Assembly (NCBI GenBank): GCA_031366795.1
Contig: JANLOX010000029.1
Location: 1 to 22,808, forward strand
Reading direction: 5' to 3'
Length of the DNA: 22,808 nt
DNA from: Candidatus Eiseniibacteriota bacterium
GTDB taxonomy: Bacteria; Eisenbacteria; RBG-16-71-46
The notes under the pieces are model-generated. The model ran no database searches. It worked only from the letters and a program-made list of their open reading frames with translations, and had not been told where the DNA came from. Below, piece by piece: positions 8,493-17,000 of this stretch (its first letter is position 1; each line of letters starts with the position of its first letter). The translations under genes were made by a program, and so were the position numbers.

Positions 8493-8888
8493 ATGACTGC
8501 CAACACACATCCCGGGTTCCAGACCGAAATCGAGTTCGAATTGCCGAAGGGGTATGTGGACGAAGCGGGCACCCTGCACCGGCGCGGACTGATGCGGCTG
8601 GCCACCGCCGCCGACGAGATCCTGCCGCTGCGCGACCCGCGTGTACAGCAGAACGAGGCCTACCTCGCGGTCATCGTGCTGGCGCGTGTGATCGTGCGCC
8701 TGGGGTCGCTGGCCGACATCCACACCGGCGTGATCGAGGGGCTGTACGCCTCCGACCTCGCCTACCTGCAGCGGCTCTACGAGAAGTTCAACAGCGACGA
8801 CGAGGCCGCCGCCGACCCCGCCCCCGCGCGACAGACGGCGAAGGGCCTCGACGGCCTGCGCAGGATGACCACCCTGGGGGAAGCATGA
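8493..8888 (+). CDS. Tail assembly chaperone-like eCIS protein, 131 aa
   Basis: FQTEIEFELPKGYVD..GTLHR.G.MRLATAADEI.PLRDPRV..NEAYL and DLAYLQ.LY..FN, a conserved eCIS gene found after the tube; ends LGEA. AAGGAG upstream. Confidence 0.8.
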   Translation: MTANTHPGFQTEIEFELPKGYVDEAGTLHRRGLMRLATAADEILPLRDPRVQQNEAYLAVIVLARVIVRLGSLADIHTGVIEGLYASDLAYLQRLYEKFNSDDEAAADPAPARQTAKGLDGLRRMTTLGEA

Positions 8889-9067
8889 AGGCCTATCCCG
8901 TCAAGTCGCTGTACGAGGAAATGGCCTTCATCGCCCATCACTTCCACTGGTGCCCCAGCGATCTGATGCAGCTCGAGCACGGGGAGCGGCGCCGCTGGTG
9001 CCGCGAGATTTCGAACATCAACCGTTCGCTCGACGGCGCGCCGGCCCACAACCCCTTCGACGTTTGA
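8885..9067 (+). CDS. DUF6760-like small eCIS protein, 60 aa
   Basis: MKAYPVKSLYEEMAFIAHHFHW...LM.LEH.ERRRWCREIS.IN; ATGA overlap at 8885. It is the 3' end of track ORF 8027..9067. Confidence 0.82.
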   Translation: MKAYPVKSLYEEMAFIAHHFHWCPSDLMQLEHGERRRWCREISNINRSLDGAPAHNPFDV

Positions 9068-9079
9068 GGAGACTTCACG

Positions 9080-9505
9080 ATGGCGCGCCAGGATCCCTTG
9101 CGAGGCTTCCGCTACCTGGTCGAGATCGACGGGATCGCGAGCGGCGGCTTCGCGCGCGTGAAGGGGATCAGCCGCGAAGTGAAGCATGAATCGCACCGCG
9201 AGGGTGGAGTCAACGACTACGAGCACAAGCTCGTGACACAGGTGTCCTATCCCGTCGTGGTGCTCGAGCGCGGACTCGCGCTGGATGACCTCTGGAAATG
9301 GGCCCTCGCGGCGGCCGACGGCGACGTGACACGCAAGACGGTATTCGTGCGCCTGCAGGATGAGGCCGACCGCAAGGCATGGGCGTGGCAGATCGAGAGC
9401 GCGTTCCCGGTCAAGTGGTCGTCGTCGGACCTCGACGCGGTGTCGTCGCAGGTGGTGATGGAAAGCCTTGAACTCGCCCACCATGGCCTGAGGAAGGCGA
9501 CATGA
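9080..9505 (+). CDS. Second tail tube protein (gp19-like, Afp5-like), 141 aa
   Basis: QDPLRGFRYLVEIDG, REGGVN...HKL, VVLERG, AFPVKW...LDA....V.MESLELAHHG; paralogous to 8034..8477. GAGGA upstream. Confidence 0.93.
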   Translation: MARQDPLRGFRYLVEIDGIASGGFARVKGISREVKHESHREGGVNDYEHKLVTQVSYPVVVLERGLALDDLWKWALAAADGDVTRKTVFVRLQDEADRKAWAWQIESAFPVKWSSSDLDAVSSQVVMESLELAHHGLRKAT

Positions 9506-10881
9506 TCGCGACCCGCCGGCTTGCCCTGGCAGCACGCGCCACCGCGGCCCGCTTCGCGCGGCGCCGGTCGTGCACACGCTCGGGAGCGCGGCTGCCGGCG
9601 TGGTTTCCGCTCTCGCTGCTATGGGCACCCAGGCGCAAGCGGCTGAGCGCGAAACCCGCGGCGACCAGCTCCGGCGCGGCCGGCATCGGCACGAGTGCCG
9701 GTCTCGTCACACAGGTCTCGCATTTGCATCGGCATTGGCATCTCGCGCTGCGCGTCGACCGGGAGCCGCACAACGCGACGGCTGTGTCGCCCGCGCTCGG
9801 CTGGGTGCGTCACGCGGTGCGCACGAGCGCCACCGAATGGCGTCGACGCATCGATCCCGGGTTGGCGCCGGCGGCTCCCGGGATGGTGCCCCGGCCTCCG
9901 CCGCAGCGCGCCGATGACGCGCGCGGCAGCATCGGGGGAACGGCGCGACCGACAGCGCGCGACGATGCAGGGGCGGCATCGTCGCCGCTGGCTGAACCCG
10001 GGCCGTCACCGCGCGGTGACGGGTCCGGGTCGCCGCCCGTCAGCCTCTGGTCGCACCGGCCCTTGGCCCTGGTTCGACGCAGCGGCAGTTCGGCCCGCAC
10101 GACGGCCGCACCGACGTCCGCCGCCGGCGCGTCGCCACCGCTCGCCGCATGGCCCGGCCAGAGGCCCGCGACCGCGCAGACCACGCCGGCGCTCGCCACT
10201 CGCAGCGTGACGCGGCACGCACTCGATCCCACCGAGGCGCCCGCGCTGCCGATGTCTCGGCGGCCGCACGTCGGGCCGTCCAAATCGACCCGTGGCGCGG
10301 CGAGTTCGTCCGCGGCCGCGCCGTCTTCCGCACGCAGTTCCGCGCCGATGGAACGCGCGCCGTCATCGCCGCCGCTTGCGCAGCCACGCAACATCGCCGC
10401 CGACGCGCCGCCCGTGGTCACGCCGGTGACGACGTGGCGCCGCGTCGTACCGACGAAGCAGACGACCTCCCGCCGCACGACCGCGCTCGTGTGGCCCCCC
10501 ACCACGCGCAACGACCGGCGGGGCGGTGACACCAACAACGCCGCTGCGCCCTCGACCTGGCGCCGCGCTGCGCCCCCCGCGACGCCGTCGTCGCGTCACA
10601 CGGCGGAGCTGGTGTGGTCCACCCGCGAACGTGGCGACTTGCGCGCCGGCGACACCGCCGGCAGTGCCTACGCAGCAGCCGGCTCGGCGAGCGCATCAGG
10701 CATGTCGGCCAGCGCCACCACGACCGAACTCACGCCCCAAGCGGCCACAGCCGCTGCGCGAGCCCTCGCAGCGCAACGCGCGAACCCGTTCGACACCGCA
10801 CTGATCGATCGCCTCGCCGAGGACGTGATCCGTCGTGTCGAGCGGCGTGTGCGCATCGAACGCGAGCGGCGCGGACTGTGA
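9502..10881 (+). CDS. Ala/Pro/Arg/Thr/Ser-rich low-complexity eCIS protein with conserved-looking C-terminal helix, 459 aa
   Basis: Fills the gap between tube 2 and the Afp7-like gene with an ATGA overlap; ends IDRLAEDVIRRVERRVRIERERRGL, a type of C-terminus seen at this position in eCIS loci. Start and internal frame are less certain. Confidence 0.68.
   Translation: MIATRRLALAARATAARFARRRSCTRSGARLPAWFPLSLLWAPRRKRLSAKPAATSSGAAGIGTSAGLVTQVSHLHRHWHLALRVDREPHNATAVSPALGWVRHAVRTSATEWRRRIDPGLAPAAPGMVPRPPPQRADDARGSIGGTARPTARDDAGAASSPLAEPGPSPRGDGSGSPPVSLWSHRPLALVRRSGSSARTTAAPTSAAGASPPLAAWPGQRPATAQTTPALATRSVTRHALDPTEAPALPMSRRPHVGPSKSTRGAASSSAAAPSSARSSAPMERAPSSPPLAQPRNIAADAPPVVTPVTTWRRVVPTKQTTSRRTTALVWPPTTRNDRRGGDTNNAAAPSTWRRAAPPATPSSRHTAELVWSTRERGDLRAGDTAGSAYAAAGSASASGMSASATTTELTPQAATAAARALAAQRANPFDTALIDRLAEDVIRRVERRVRIERERRGL
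10432..10656 (+). repeat. Two in-frame 34-aa internal repeats (period 123 nt)
   Basis: 10432-10533 TWRRVVPTKQTTSRRTTALVWPPTTRNDRRGGDT vs 10555-10656 TWRRAAPPATPSSRHTAELVWSTRERGDLRAGDT; 17/34 identical without gaps. Confidence 0.75.
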
Positions 10882-10888
10882 GGCCGGC

Positions 10889-11587
10889 ATGAGCAAGCAG
10901 CAGCTCAAGAAGGCGAGCATCACCGTCCTCGACGGTGCCGACAAGGGCAAGGTCATCTCGGTGCTCTTCAACCCCGCCGAGTACAGCTTCGAGCGATCGA
11001 ACTCGTACAAGGCCACGCCGCTGCCGGGGCTGGGTGCGCCGCTGCTCCAGTTCGTCAACGGCGAGGCCGACCAGTTGAGCATGGAGCTGTTCCTCGACGA
11101 CTACACCGATCCCGAGGGCCCGACCTCGCGCGAGCGCAAGGAACGCGAGCCGCTGATGGCACGCCTCAACGACTTGAGCCATCTCCTGGAGATCGACAGC
11201 AAGCTGCATGCGCCGCCGCCGGTGCGCTTCAACTGGGGGCCGATGGAGTTCACCGCGGTCATCGAGAAGCTCGGACGCAAGGTGACCATGTTCCATCCGG
11301 ACGGTACGCCGGCACGCGCGACGCTATCGGTGAGCTTCAAGGAATACCGCACGCTGCGGCAGCAGCTCGAGGATCCGCGCCGCGAGTCCTCGGACAAGAC
11401 CAAGCGCCGTGTCGTCGTCGGACGCGACGCGCTCTGGCTGATCGCGGCCCGCGAATACAACGACCCGAGCGCCTGGGTGCTTATTGCCGAGGAGAACGAC
11501 CTCGACGACCCGCGCGAGATCGGCCCCGGGGACTGGTTGCTGCTTCCGCCCATCGAGAACCCGCATGGAACTCGCAACACTCTCTAG
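10889..11587 (+). CDS. CIS tube-initiator protein with C-terminal LysM-like domain (Afp7-like), 232 aa
   Basis: Start ATG 10889 (MSKQQLKKASI). VLFNPAEYS, PPPVRFNWG, TMFHPDGTP.RA..SVSFKEY, then LysM-like DALWLIAAREY.DP..W..IAEEN.LDDPR.I.PG..L.LP. Confidence 0.9.
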   Translation: MSKQQLKKASITVLDGADKGKVISVLFNPAEYSFERSNSYKATPLPGLGAPLLQFVNGEADQLSMELFLDDYTDPEGPTSRERKEREPLMARLNDLSHLLEIDSKLHAPPPVRFNWGPMEFTAVIEKLGRKVTMFHPDGTPARATLSVSFKEYRTLRQQLEDPRRESSDKTKRRVVVGRDALWLIAAREYNDPSAWVLIAEENDLDDPREIGPGDWLLLPPIENPHGTRNTL

Positions 11588-12671
11588 CCGCTACGGCGAG
11601 TTCTATGCGCCGGCCTTCGCGGTGCGGGTGGGGCGGGCCGACCTGCGGCGCGACCTGCTCGTCGCGGTCAGCGAGGTCGAGGTCGACCTGGTGCTGGGGG
11701 CCGCGTCGCGCTTCACCTTCAACGTGACCGACTGCTACAACCTGGAGGCCCGCGCGTTCGAGACCGGGCGTGGCGCCGATGCGATCGAGTTGCTGACCTT
11801 CGGCAGCGAGATCGAGGTCTGCCTCGGCTACGGCGACTCGAAGTCGATGCCCGCGATGGTGAGCGGCGTGATCACCGAGATCACCACCTCGTTCCCGGAA
11901 ACCGGCAAGCCCGAGCTGTCTGTCTCGGGCTACGACCACGGCTTCCAGCTGACCCTCGGCAAGAACTCGCGCACCTGGTCCAACGAGCTCGAGAGCAACA
12001 CGGTGCAAGAGATCGCGGGGTACAACAACCTGAGCGCGAAGGTGCAGGTCACCAAGGAGCGGCTCGCGCAGATCGAGCAGAACCAGGAGAGCGACTGGGC
12101 CTTCATCAAGAAGCTCGCCGATCGCAACCATTTCGAGGTCTACGTCGACGAGGCGCGCACCCTGCACTTCGGCCCGCCCGACGACAAGGCCACCGCGATC
12201 GTGCGGCTCGCGTGGGGCGAAGGGCTGCTCAGCTTCAAGCCCGAGGCCAATCTGGCCAGCCAGGTCGCCAAGGTCGAGGTCTACGGCTGGGACCGCAACC
12301 GCAAGGAGGCGATCGTCGGCGTGGCCAACGCGGGTGAAGAATCGGGGCTCACCGGCAAGAGCGGCGGCGAGCGGCTGAAGAGCTTCGTGCGCGACCCGAG
12401 CAAGTTGCCCACGCTGCGGCTGCGCCAGCCGGTGTTCACCCAGTCCGAAGCCAACGCACGCGCCAAGGCCGCGCTCAACGAGCGTGCCAAGCAGTTCGTG
12501 ACCGGCGACGCCGAGTCGATCGGGCTGCCCGAGATCCGCCCCAACCGCAACGTGTTGCTCGACAACCTGGGCTCGCCGTTCTCCAAGACGTACTACGTGC
12601 AGCAGGCAACCCACAAGGTCGACAGCAACGGCTATCGCACCAAGTTCAAGGTGAAGGAGACGGGACTGTGA
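11565..12671 (+). CDS. Phage late control D-like baseplate hub (gp27-like N-terminal half of VgrG/Afp8), 368 aa
   Basis: Start ATG 11565 (MELATLS..YGEFYAPAFAV). IEVCLGYG, LSVSGYD, QNQESDWAFIKKLADR, L.WGEGLLSF.P, V.VYGWD, IGLPEIRP, FS.TYYV....H. Confidence 0.9.
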   Translation: MELATLSSRYGEFYAPAFAVRVGRADLRRDLLVAVSEVEVDLVLGAASRFTFNVTDCYNLEARAFETGRGADAIELLTFGSEIEVCLGYGDSKSMPAMVSGVITEITTSFPETGKPELSVSGYDHGFQLTLGKNSRTWSNELESNTVQEIAGYNNLSAKVQVTKERLAQIEQNQESDWAFIKKLADRNHFEVYVDEARTLHFGPPDDKATAIVRLAWGEGLLSFKPEANLASQVAKVEVYGWDRNRKEAIVGVANAGEESGLTGKSGGERLKSFVRDPSKLPTLRLRQPVFTQSEANARAKAALNERAKQFVTGDAESIGLPEIRPNRNVLLDNLGSPFSKTYYVQQATHKVDSNGYRTKFKVKETGL

Positions 12672-13306
12672 GCCTCATCGACCCCTCGTCGCGCGAAACC
12701 TCGCACGAGTCCGGCGGCTTCGTGAAGGGCGTGGCCATCGCGCTCGTCACGCAGAACCGCGACGACGAGAACCAGTGCCGCGTCAAGGTGCGCTACCCGT
12801 GGCACGACAAGCCACGCGACAGCTACTGGGCCCGGCTCGCCACGCCGATGGCCGGCAACGAGCGCGGCCTGGTGCTGATCCCCGAGGTGGGCGACGAAGT
12901 GCTGGTGGCCTTCGAGCGCGAGGACATCCGGTTTCCGTACATTCTGGGCGCGCTGTGGAACGGCAAGGACAAGCCGCCGCTCGCGAACGATGACGGCAAC
13001 AACGACAAGCGCATCCTCACGTCCCGCAAGAAGCACCACCTGCTGTTCGACGACGGTGCCCAGGGCGTCGTCGAACTCGCCCACGAGAAGGGCCGCAAGG
13101 TGACGATCGACGACCACGGCATCGTGGTCCAGGACGAGCACGGCAACCAGATCAAGATCGATAGCGACAGCGGCGCGATGTCGCTGCAGGCGAGCGGGCA
13201 GCTCAGCATCAAGGCGGCCACCATCTCGATCGAGGCGACCGGCACGCTCGAACTGAAGGCGAACGCCACCCTGACCGTGCGCGGCACGATCGTCAACATC
13301 AACTGA
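12668..13306 (+). CDS. Baseplate assembly protein V-like spike (gp5 OB-fold plus short beta-repeat needle), 212 aa
   Basis: GVAIALVT.N.D....RVKVRYPW, SYWARLA.PMAG..RG...IPEVGDEVLVAFE..D...PYILGALWNG, followed by short beta repeats ending GTIVNIN. Confidence 0.92.
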   Translation: MSLIDPSSRETSHESGGFVKGVAIALVTQNRDDENQCRVKVRYPWHDKPRDSYWARLATPMAGNERGLVLIPEVGDEVLVAFEREDIRFPYILGALWNGKDKPPLANDDGNNDKRILTSRKKHHLLFDDGAQGVVELAHEKGRKVTIDDHGIVVQDEHGNQIKIDSDSGAMSLQASGQLSIKAATISIEATGTLELKANATLTVRGTIVNIN

Positions 13307-13310
13307 CGCC

Positions 13311-13607
13311 ATGGGACAGCCCGCCGCCCGCTTCGGTGACACCACGAGCCACGGCACGCCCCTCGCGCCGGGCCCCGGATGCCCGACTGTGCTGATCGGC
13401 GGCCAGCCGGCTTGGCGCTGCCTGTCGGACACACATGTGTGCCCACTCTCCGACGGCCCGAAGCCGCATGTCGGAGGCGTCGTGCTCGTGGGTAGCCTGA
13501 CGGTCATGATCGGCGGCCTGTTCGCCGCACGGCAGGGCGACCTGGTGGTCGAAGTCGGCGCGCCGAATGCCATCGCCAGCGGCGCCACCACGGTGTTGAT
13601 CGGATGA
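13311..13607 (+). CDS. PAAR-domain spike tip protein, 98 aa
   Basis: QPAARFGD...H, TVLIGGQPAWR, HVCP...PH, AARQGD, TVLIG; no C-terminal extension. Confidence 0.93.
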   Translation: MGQPAARFGDTTSHGTPLAPGPGCPTVLIGGQPAWRCLSDTHVCPLSDGPKPHVGGVVLVGSLTVMIGGLFAARQGDLVVEVGAPNAIASGATTVLIG

Positions 13608-14032
13608 AAACTACTGCGCCCACCGACGATCGCAAGGACTTCCTCGGCCGCGGATGGGCGATGCCGGTGGCGCTCGACCCGCGCACCCGCCAGGTCGCGT
13701 TCGCCGAGTACGAGGACGACATCCGGCAGGCGATCTTCATCATTCTCGAGACCGCCCCCGGCGAGCGCCTGATGCGGCCGAACTTCGGCTGCGGCATCCA
13801 CGAGCTGGTGTTCGCCGCGCTCGACAGCACCACGCTGCAGCGCATCCGCTCGGAGGTGCAGGACGCGCTGCGCCGCTACGAGGCGCGCATCGACGTGCTC
13901 GGCGTCGGCGTCGACGAGGCCGCCAGCGCCGAAGGCAAGCTGCTGGTCGAAATCGAGTACCGCGTGCGCAAGACCAACCAGCTCGGCAACCTCGTGTTCC
14001 CGTTCTACTTCCTCGAAGGAGGGCGTCTGTGA
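13604..14032 (+). CDS. GPW/gp25-family baseplate protein (Afp9-like), 142 aa
   Basis: DFLGRGWAMP, DIRQAI.IIL.T.PGERLMRPNFGCG, RYEARI, NLVFPFY. Confidence 0.95.
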   Translation: MKTTAPTDDRKDFLGRGWAMPVALDPRTRQVAFAEYEDDIRQAIFIILETAPGERLMRPNFGCGIHELVFAALDSTTLQRIRSEVQDALRRYEARIDVLGVGVDEAASAEGKLLVEIEYRVRKTNQLGNLVFPFYFLEGGRL

Positions 14033-17000
14033 AAGCACCGCAGTCCCCGTCGCTCGACCCGCGGCGCGAACATAACTTCGAGGCCGAGCTGACAGCACGC
14101 GCCCGTGCCTGGGTGCCCGCGTGGGGTTTCGAGGACGGCGGCCACGATTTCGGCCACGCGCTGCTACAGGTCGCCTCGCAGTTCAACGCGAAGGTCGCCG
14201 AAGGCCTCGACCGAGGCGGCGACAAGATGCAGCGCGGCTTCCTCGACTGGCTCGCGGTGCGTGGCGATGCGGCCCGGCCGGCGCGCATGCCGGTCGTCTT
14301 CAAGATGGTCGACAAGGCGCCCGCCGCGGTGCTCGCGCTTGCCCCGGTGCGCATGCAGGTCGACGCGCAGGACGCCACCGTGGTGTTCGAGACCGAGGAC
14401 GACGTGCGCGTGATCCCGGGGCGCCTCGAGGTGGTGGTCGCCACCGACGCCGACCAGGACGCGATCTTTCTGCAAATGCCCGGGCTCACCTCGATCGAGC
14501 CGCTCAAGCCGCTGCCCACGCAATGGCGCCTGAAGAGCTTTGCCGCGGCGGGGTCGACCCAGTTGCAGCTCGACCCCGAGGTCGGCCTGGTCGCCGGCCT
14601 GGTCGTCGAGCTGGCGGGCCTGCAGTACCGGATCGACAAGGTCGACAAGGACATCGTGACGATCGACCCTGCGCTGCCCACGGGTGCCGGCGTCGAGGCG
14701 GGGAGCGTCGCGCACATGGTGATGGCTTTCGAGCCCTTCAATCCCTCGGCGCGCAACCGCCAGCAGCATGCCGTCTACCTCGGGCATCTCGACCTGCTCA
14801 ACATCGAGGCTGCGGCCACCATCGACGTGATCGGCGCGCAGGCGCTCGGTGCCGGCGCGACCTGGGCGTACTGGGGCAAGGTCGCCGGCCAAGACAGCGT
14901 CGCCTGGCAAGCGCTGGCGCTGGCCAAGACGCAGCCGAGCGACGGCGTGCGCCTGGACAAGCCCCGAGGCGCGGTCGAGCCGCGCGACCTGGGTGCGGTG
15001 AAGAAGGCACGCTGGATCGGCGCCTTCACCCCGAATGTTCTCGGCAACGCGCCCACGCTCTCGGTCGACGCGCTCGAGCTGCGCATCAACTTCCGCCCCG
15101 AGCCGGCGTGCCCGATCGTCAACGCCGACGACAGCACTACGCTGGCCGCGCAAGCGCTGGCGAACACGACACCGCTGGTGCTGAGCGGCGTGTTCTACCC
15201 CTTGGGCCGCACGCCGCGCCAGTTCGACACCTTTTACCTCGGGTGCCCGGAGGCCTTCTCGAAGCCGGGGGCCCACGTGCAGCTGTGCTTCGAACTGGCC
15301 GACCCGACCTCGTACGCGCTGTCGACGGTTCACCACGGTGCGTTTGCCGAGGCGGTGCTTGCGGGCGTGGGCCAGGACCGGGCTCTGCACCTGTTTGAAT
15401 TCAAGCCCGCGCAGGCGACGGTTTCGCCGCTGTTCGCCCGCGAGCCGCTGCAGCCCCCCTCGCCGGTCTACAACGCCAGCCCGCTGAGCGTGCTACCGAT
15501 TCCGCTCGACGCCAAACCGACCTACCGCCTGCCGATGTGGGCCGAAGGCCAAGACTTCGTGGTGGCGACGGTGGCCGGCTCGCACGTCTGGCTGTGGCGC
15601 GAGGTCGCGGCAGACTCCAAGAAAAGCGGTTGGCGCGATTTGGGCGTGTTGCCCACCGGCGTGGCGAAACCGCCGCCGGTCGACGGCCTGGTCTACCTCG
15701 GCGGCAATCCGTCTCCGCGCCTCGTCGCGCTGCAAGACGGCCGGCTCTCGCTGCGTGCGATGACCGACGCTGCGACGTGGGTGGAAGTGATCCCCAAAGA
15801 CGGCGCGGACAAGCACGTCGTGCTGAAGGCCATCGCCGCGATCCTCGTCATCGATGGCACCGGACGGCTGGTCACGTCGGCCGCGGAGGACCTGGTCGGC
15901 GTGGACGCCGACGGCAAGCTCTACCGCGTGACCACCGCGGGCATCTGCACCTATTTGAACGTGCCGGCGTTGTCGACGCGGGTGACGCCGATTGCGCTGA
16001 AACACAACGGGGGGCTCACCGTCGTCGCGGCGGAGAAATCGCTGACCATGCTCGTCGCGCTCAAACCCACCGGCGGCGTGAGCTCGCAGCGCATCGACGC
16101 CGTGGCCACGATTCTGGGCTTCTCGCTCGAGGCGACGCTGGACGGCATCGATCTCGCCTGCCTGGCCAGCGCGCGCGACGAGTCCGCGGCCTATCTCGTC
16201 ACCTGGGTTCCCGCGGCCACCGGTGCCAGGGCGGAGATTTTCAAGAGCGAGGTGCCCGCCAGCGCGGGCCGAATCGGCGGCGCGCCCACCCGCATTGCCA
16301 CGCAGGTACTGATTCCCGGCGAGAACGGCGACGCGGTCGTCGCCCCCTTCGACCTCGGTCGCCGGTTGAAGCTGAATGCGGACGTCGAGACGGGCATCGT
16401 CGTTCCCGCCGGCGCACCCGCGCTCGCCGTGAACGACGTGATCACGCTTCGGATCGCCAACAACCTGCGCGTCAAGAAAATTGACGGTGCCGGCGTGACG
16501 CGCGCCACCGAAACGTTCCACCCGATCGCCGGCACGTTCGGCGCAGGGCCCGTCACCCGCGAACTCCTCGCGTACCGCATGTCGACCGGAGCCACCGGCA
16601 ATGTTCTCGGTCTCAAAAAATTCGAGCTGGCCCCGGGAGAGCACGGCGTCGCGGCCGACTCGACGCTGCTGATCCAGATCGGCGCGGTGGCGCACGAATA
16701 TGTCGTCGACAGCGTCGCGGTCGCGAGCTCTGCCTGGATCGTGACGCTGGCCAGCGCGTTGCCGGCGGGTGCCACCGGCAACGCCAGCTATTGGCTGCCG
16801 GTTCAAACGGGCGGACGCATCGCGCCGTTCGCCCGCCTGAACCCGGCGCATCTGAACGAGAAGTGCGACGTGACGCTGCTCGAGCACGGAGCGCTCGTTT
16901 TTCCGGGCGCTAAGCCCGAACGCCAGACGGCGCAGGCGTTCGCCACGGTGACCAACTTCGCCACGCTCGTCGTGATGGGTGAAAACTTCGCTGCCGCTCC

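Noticed and set aside
8475..8495. Stop-codon readthrough from tube into chaperone (TAG CAA GGA GAA CAC GCC ATG, in frame)
   Set aside because: The spacer is fully explained by the AAGGAG ribosome-binding site; being in frame has a one-in-three chance.
5604..8723. 1039-aa antisense ORF
   Set aside because: The four sense genes starting at 5286, 6480, 8034 and 8493 share one frame and strong GC3 bias, which removes stops from the mirror frame; the translation has no protein-like features.
13654..14028. 5' extension of the 1828-aa track ORF
   Set aside because: It overlaps the gp25 gene in another frame; GTG 14029 has a strong ribosome-binding site and the family-typical N-terminus.
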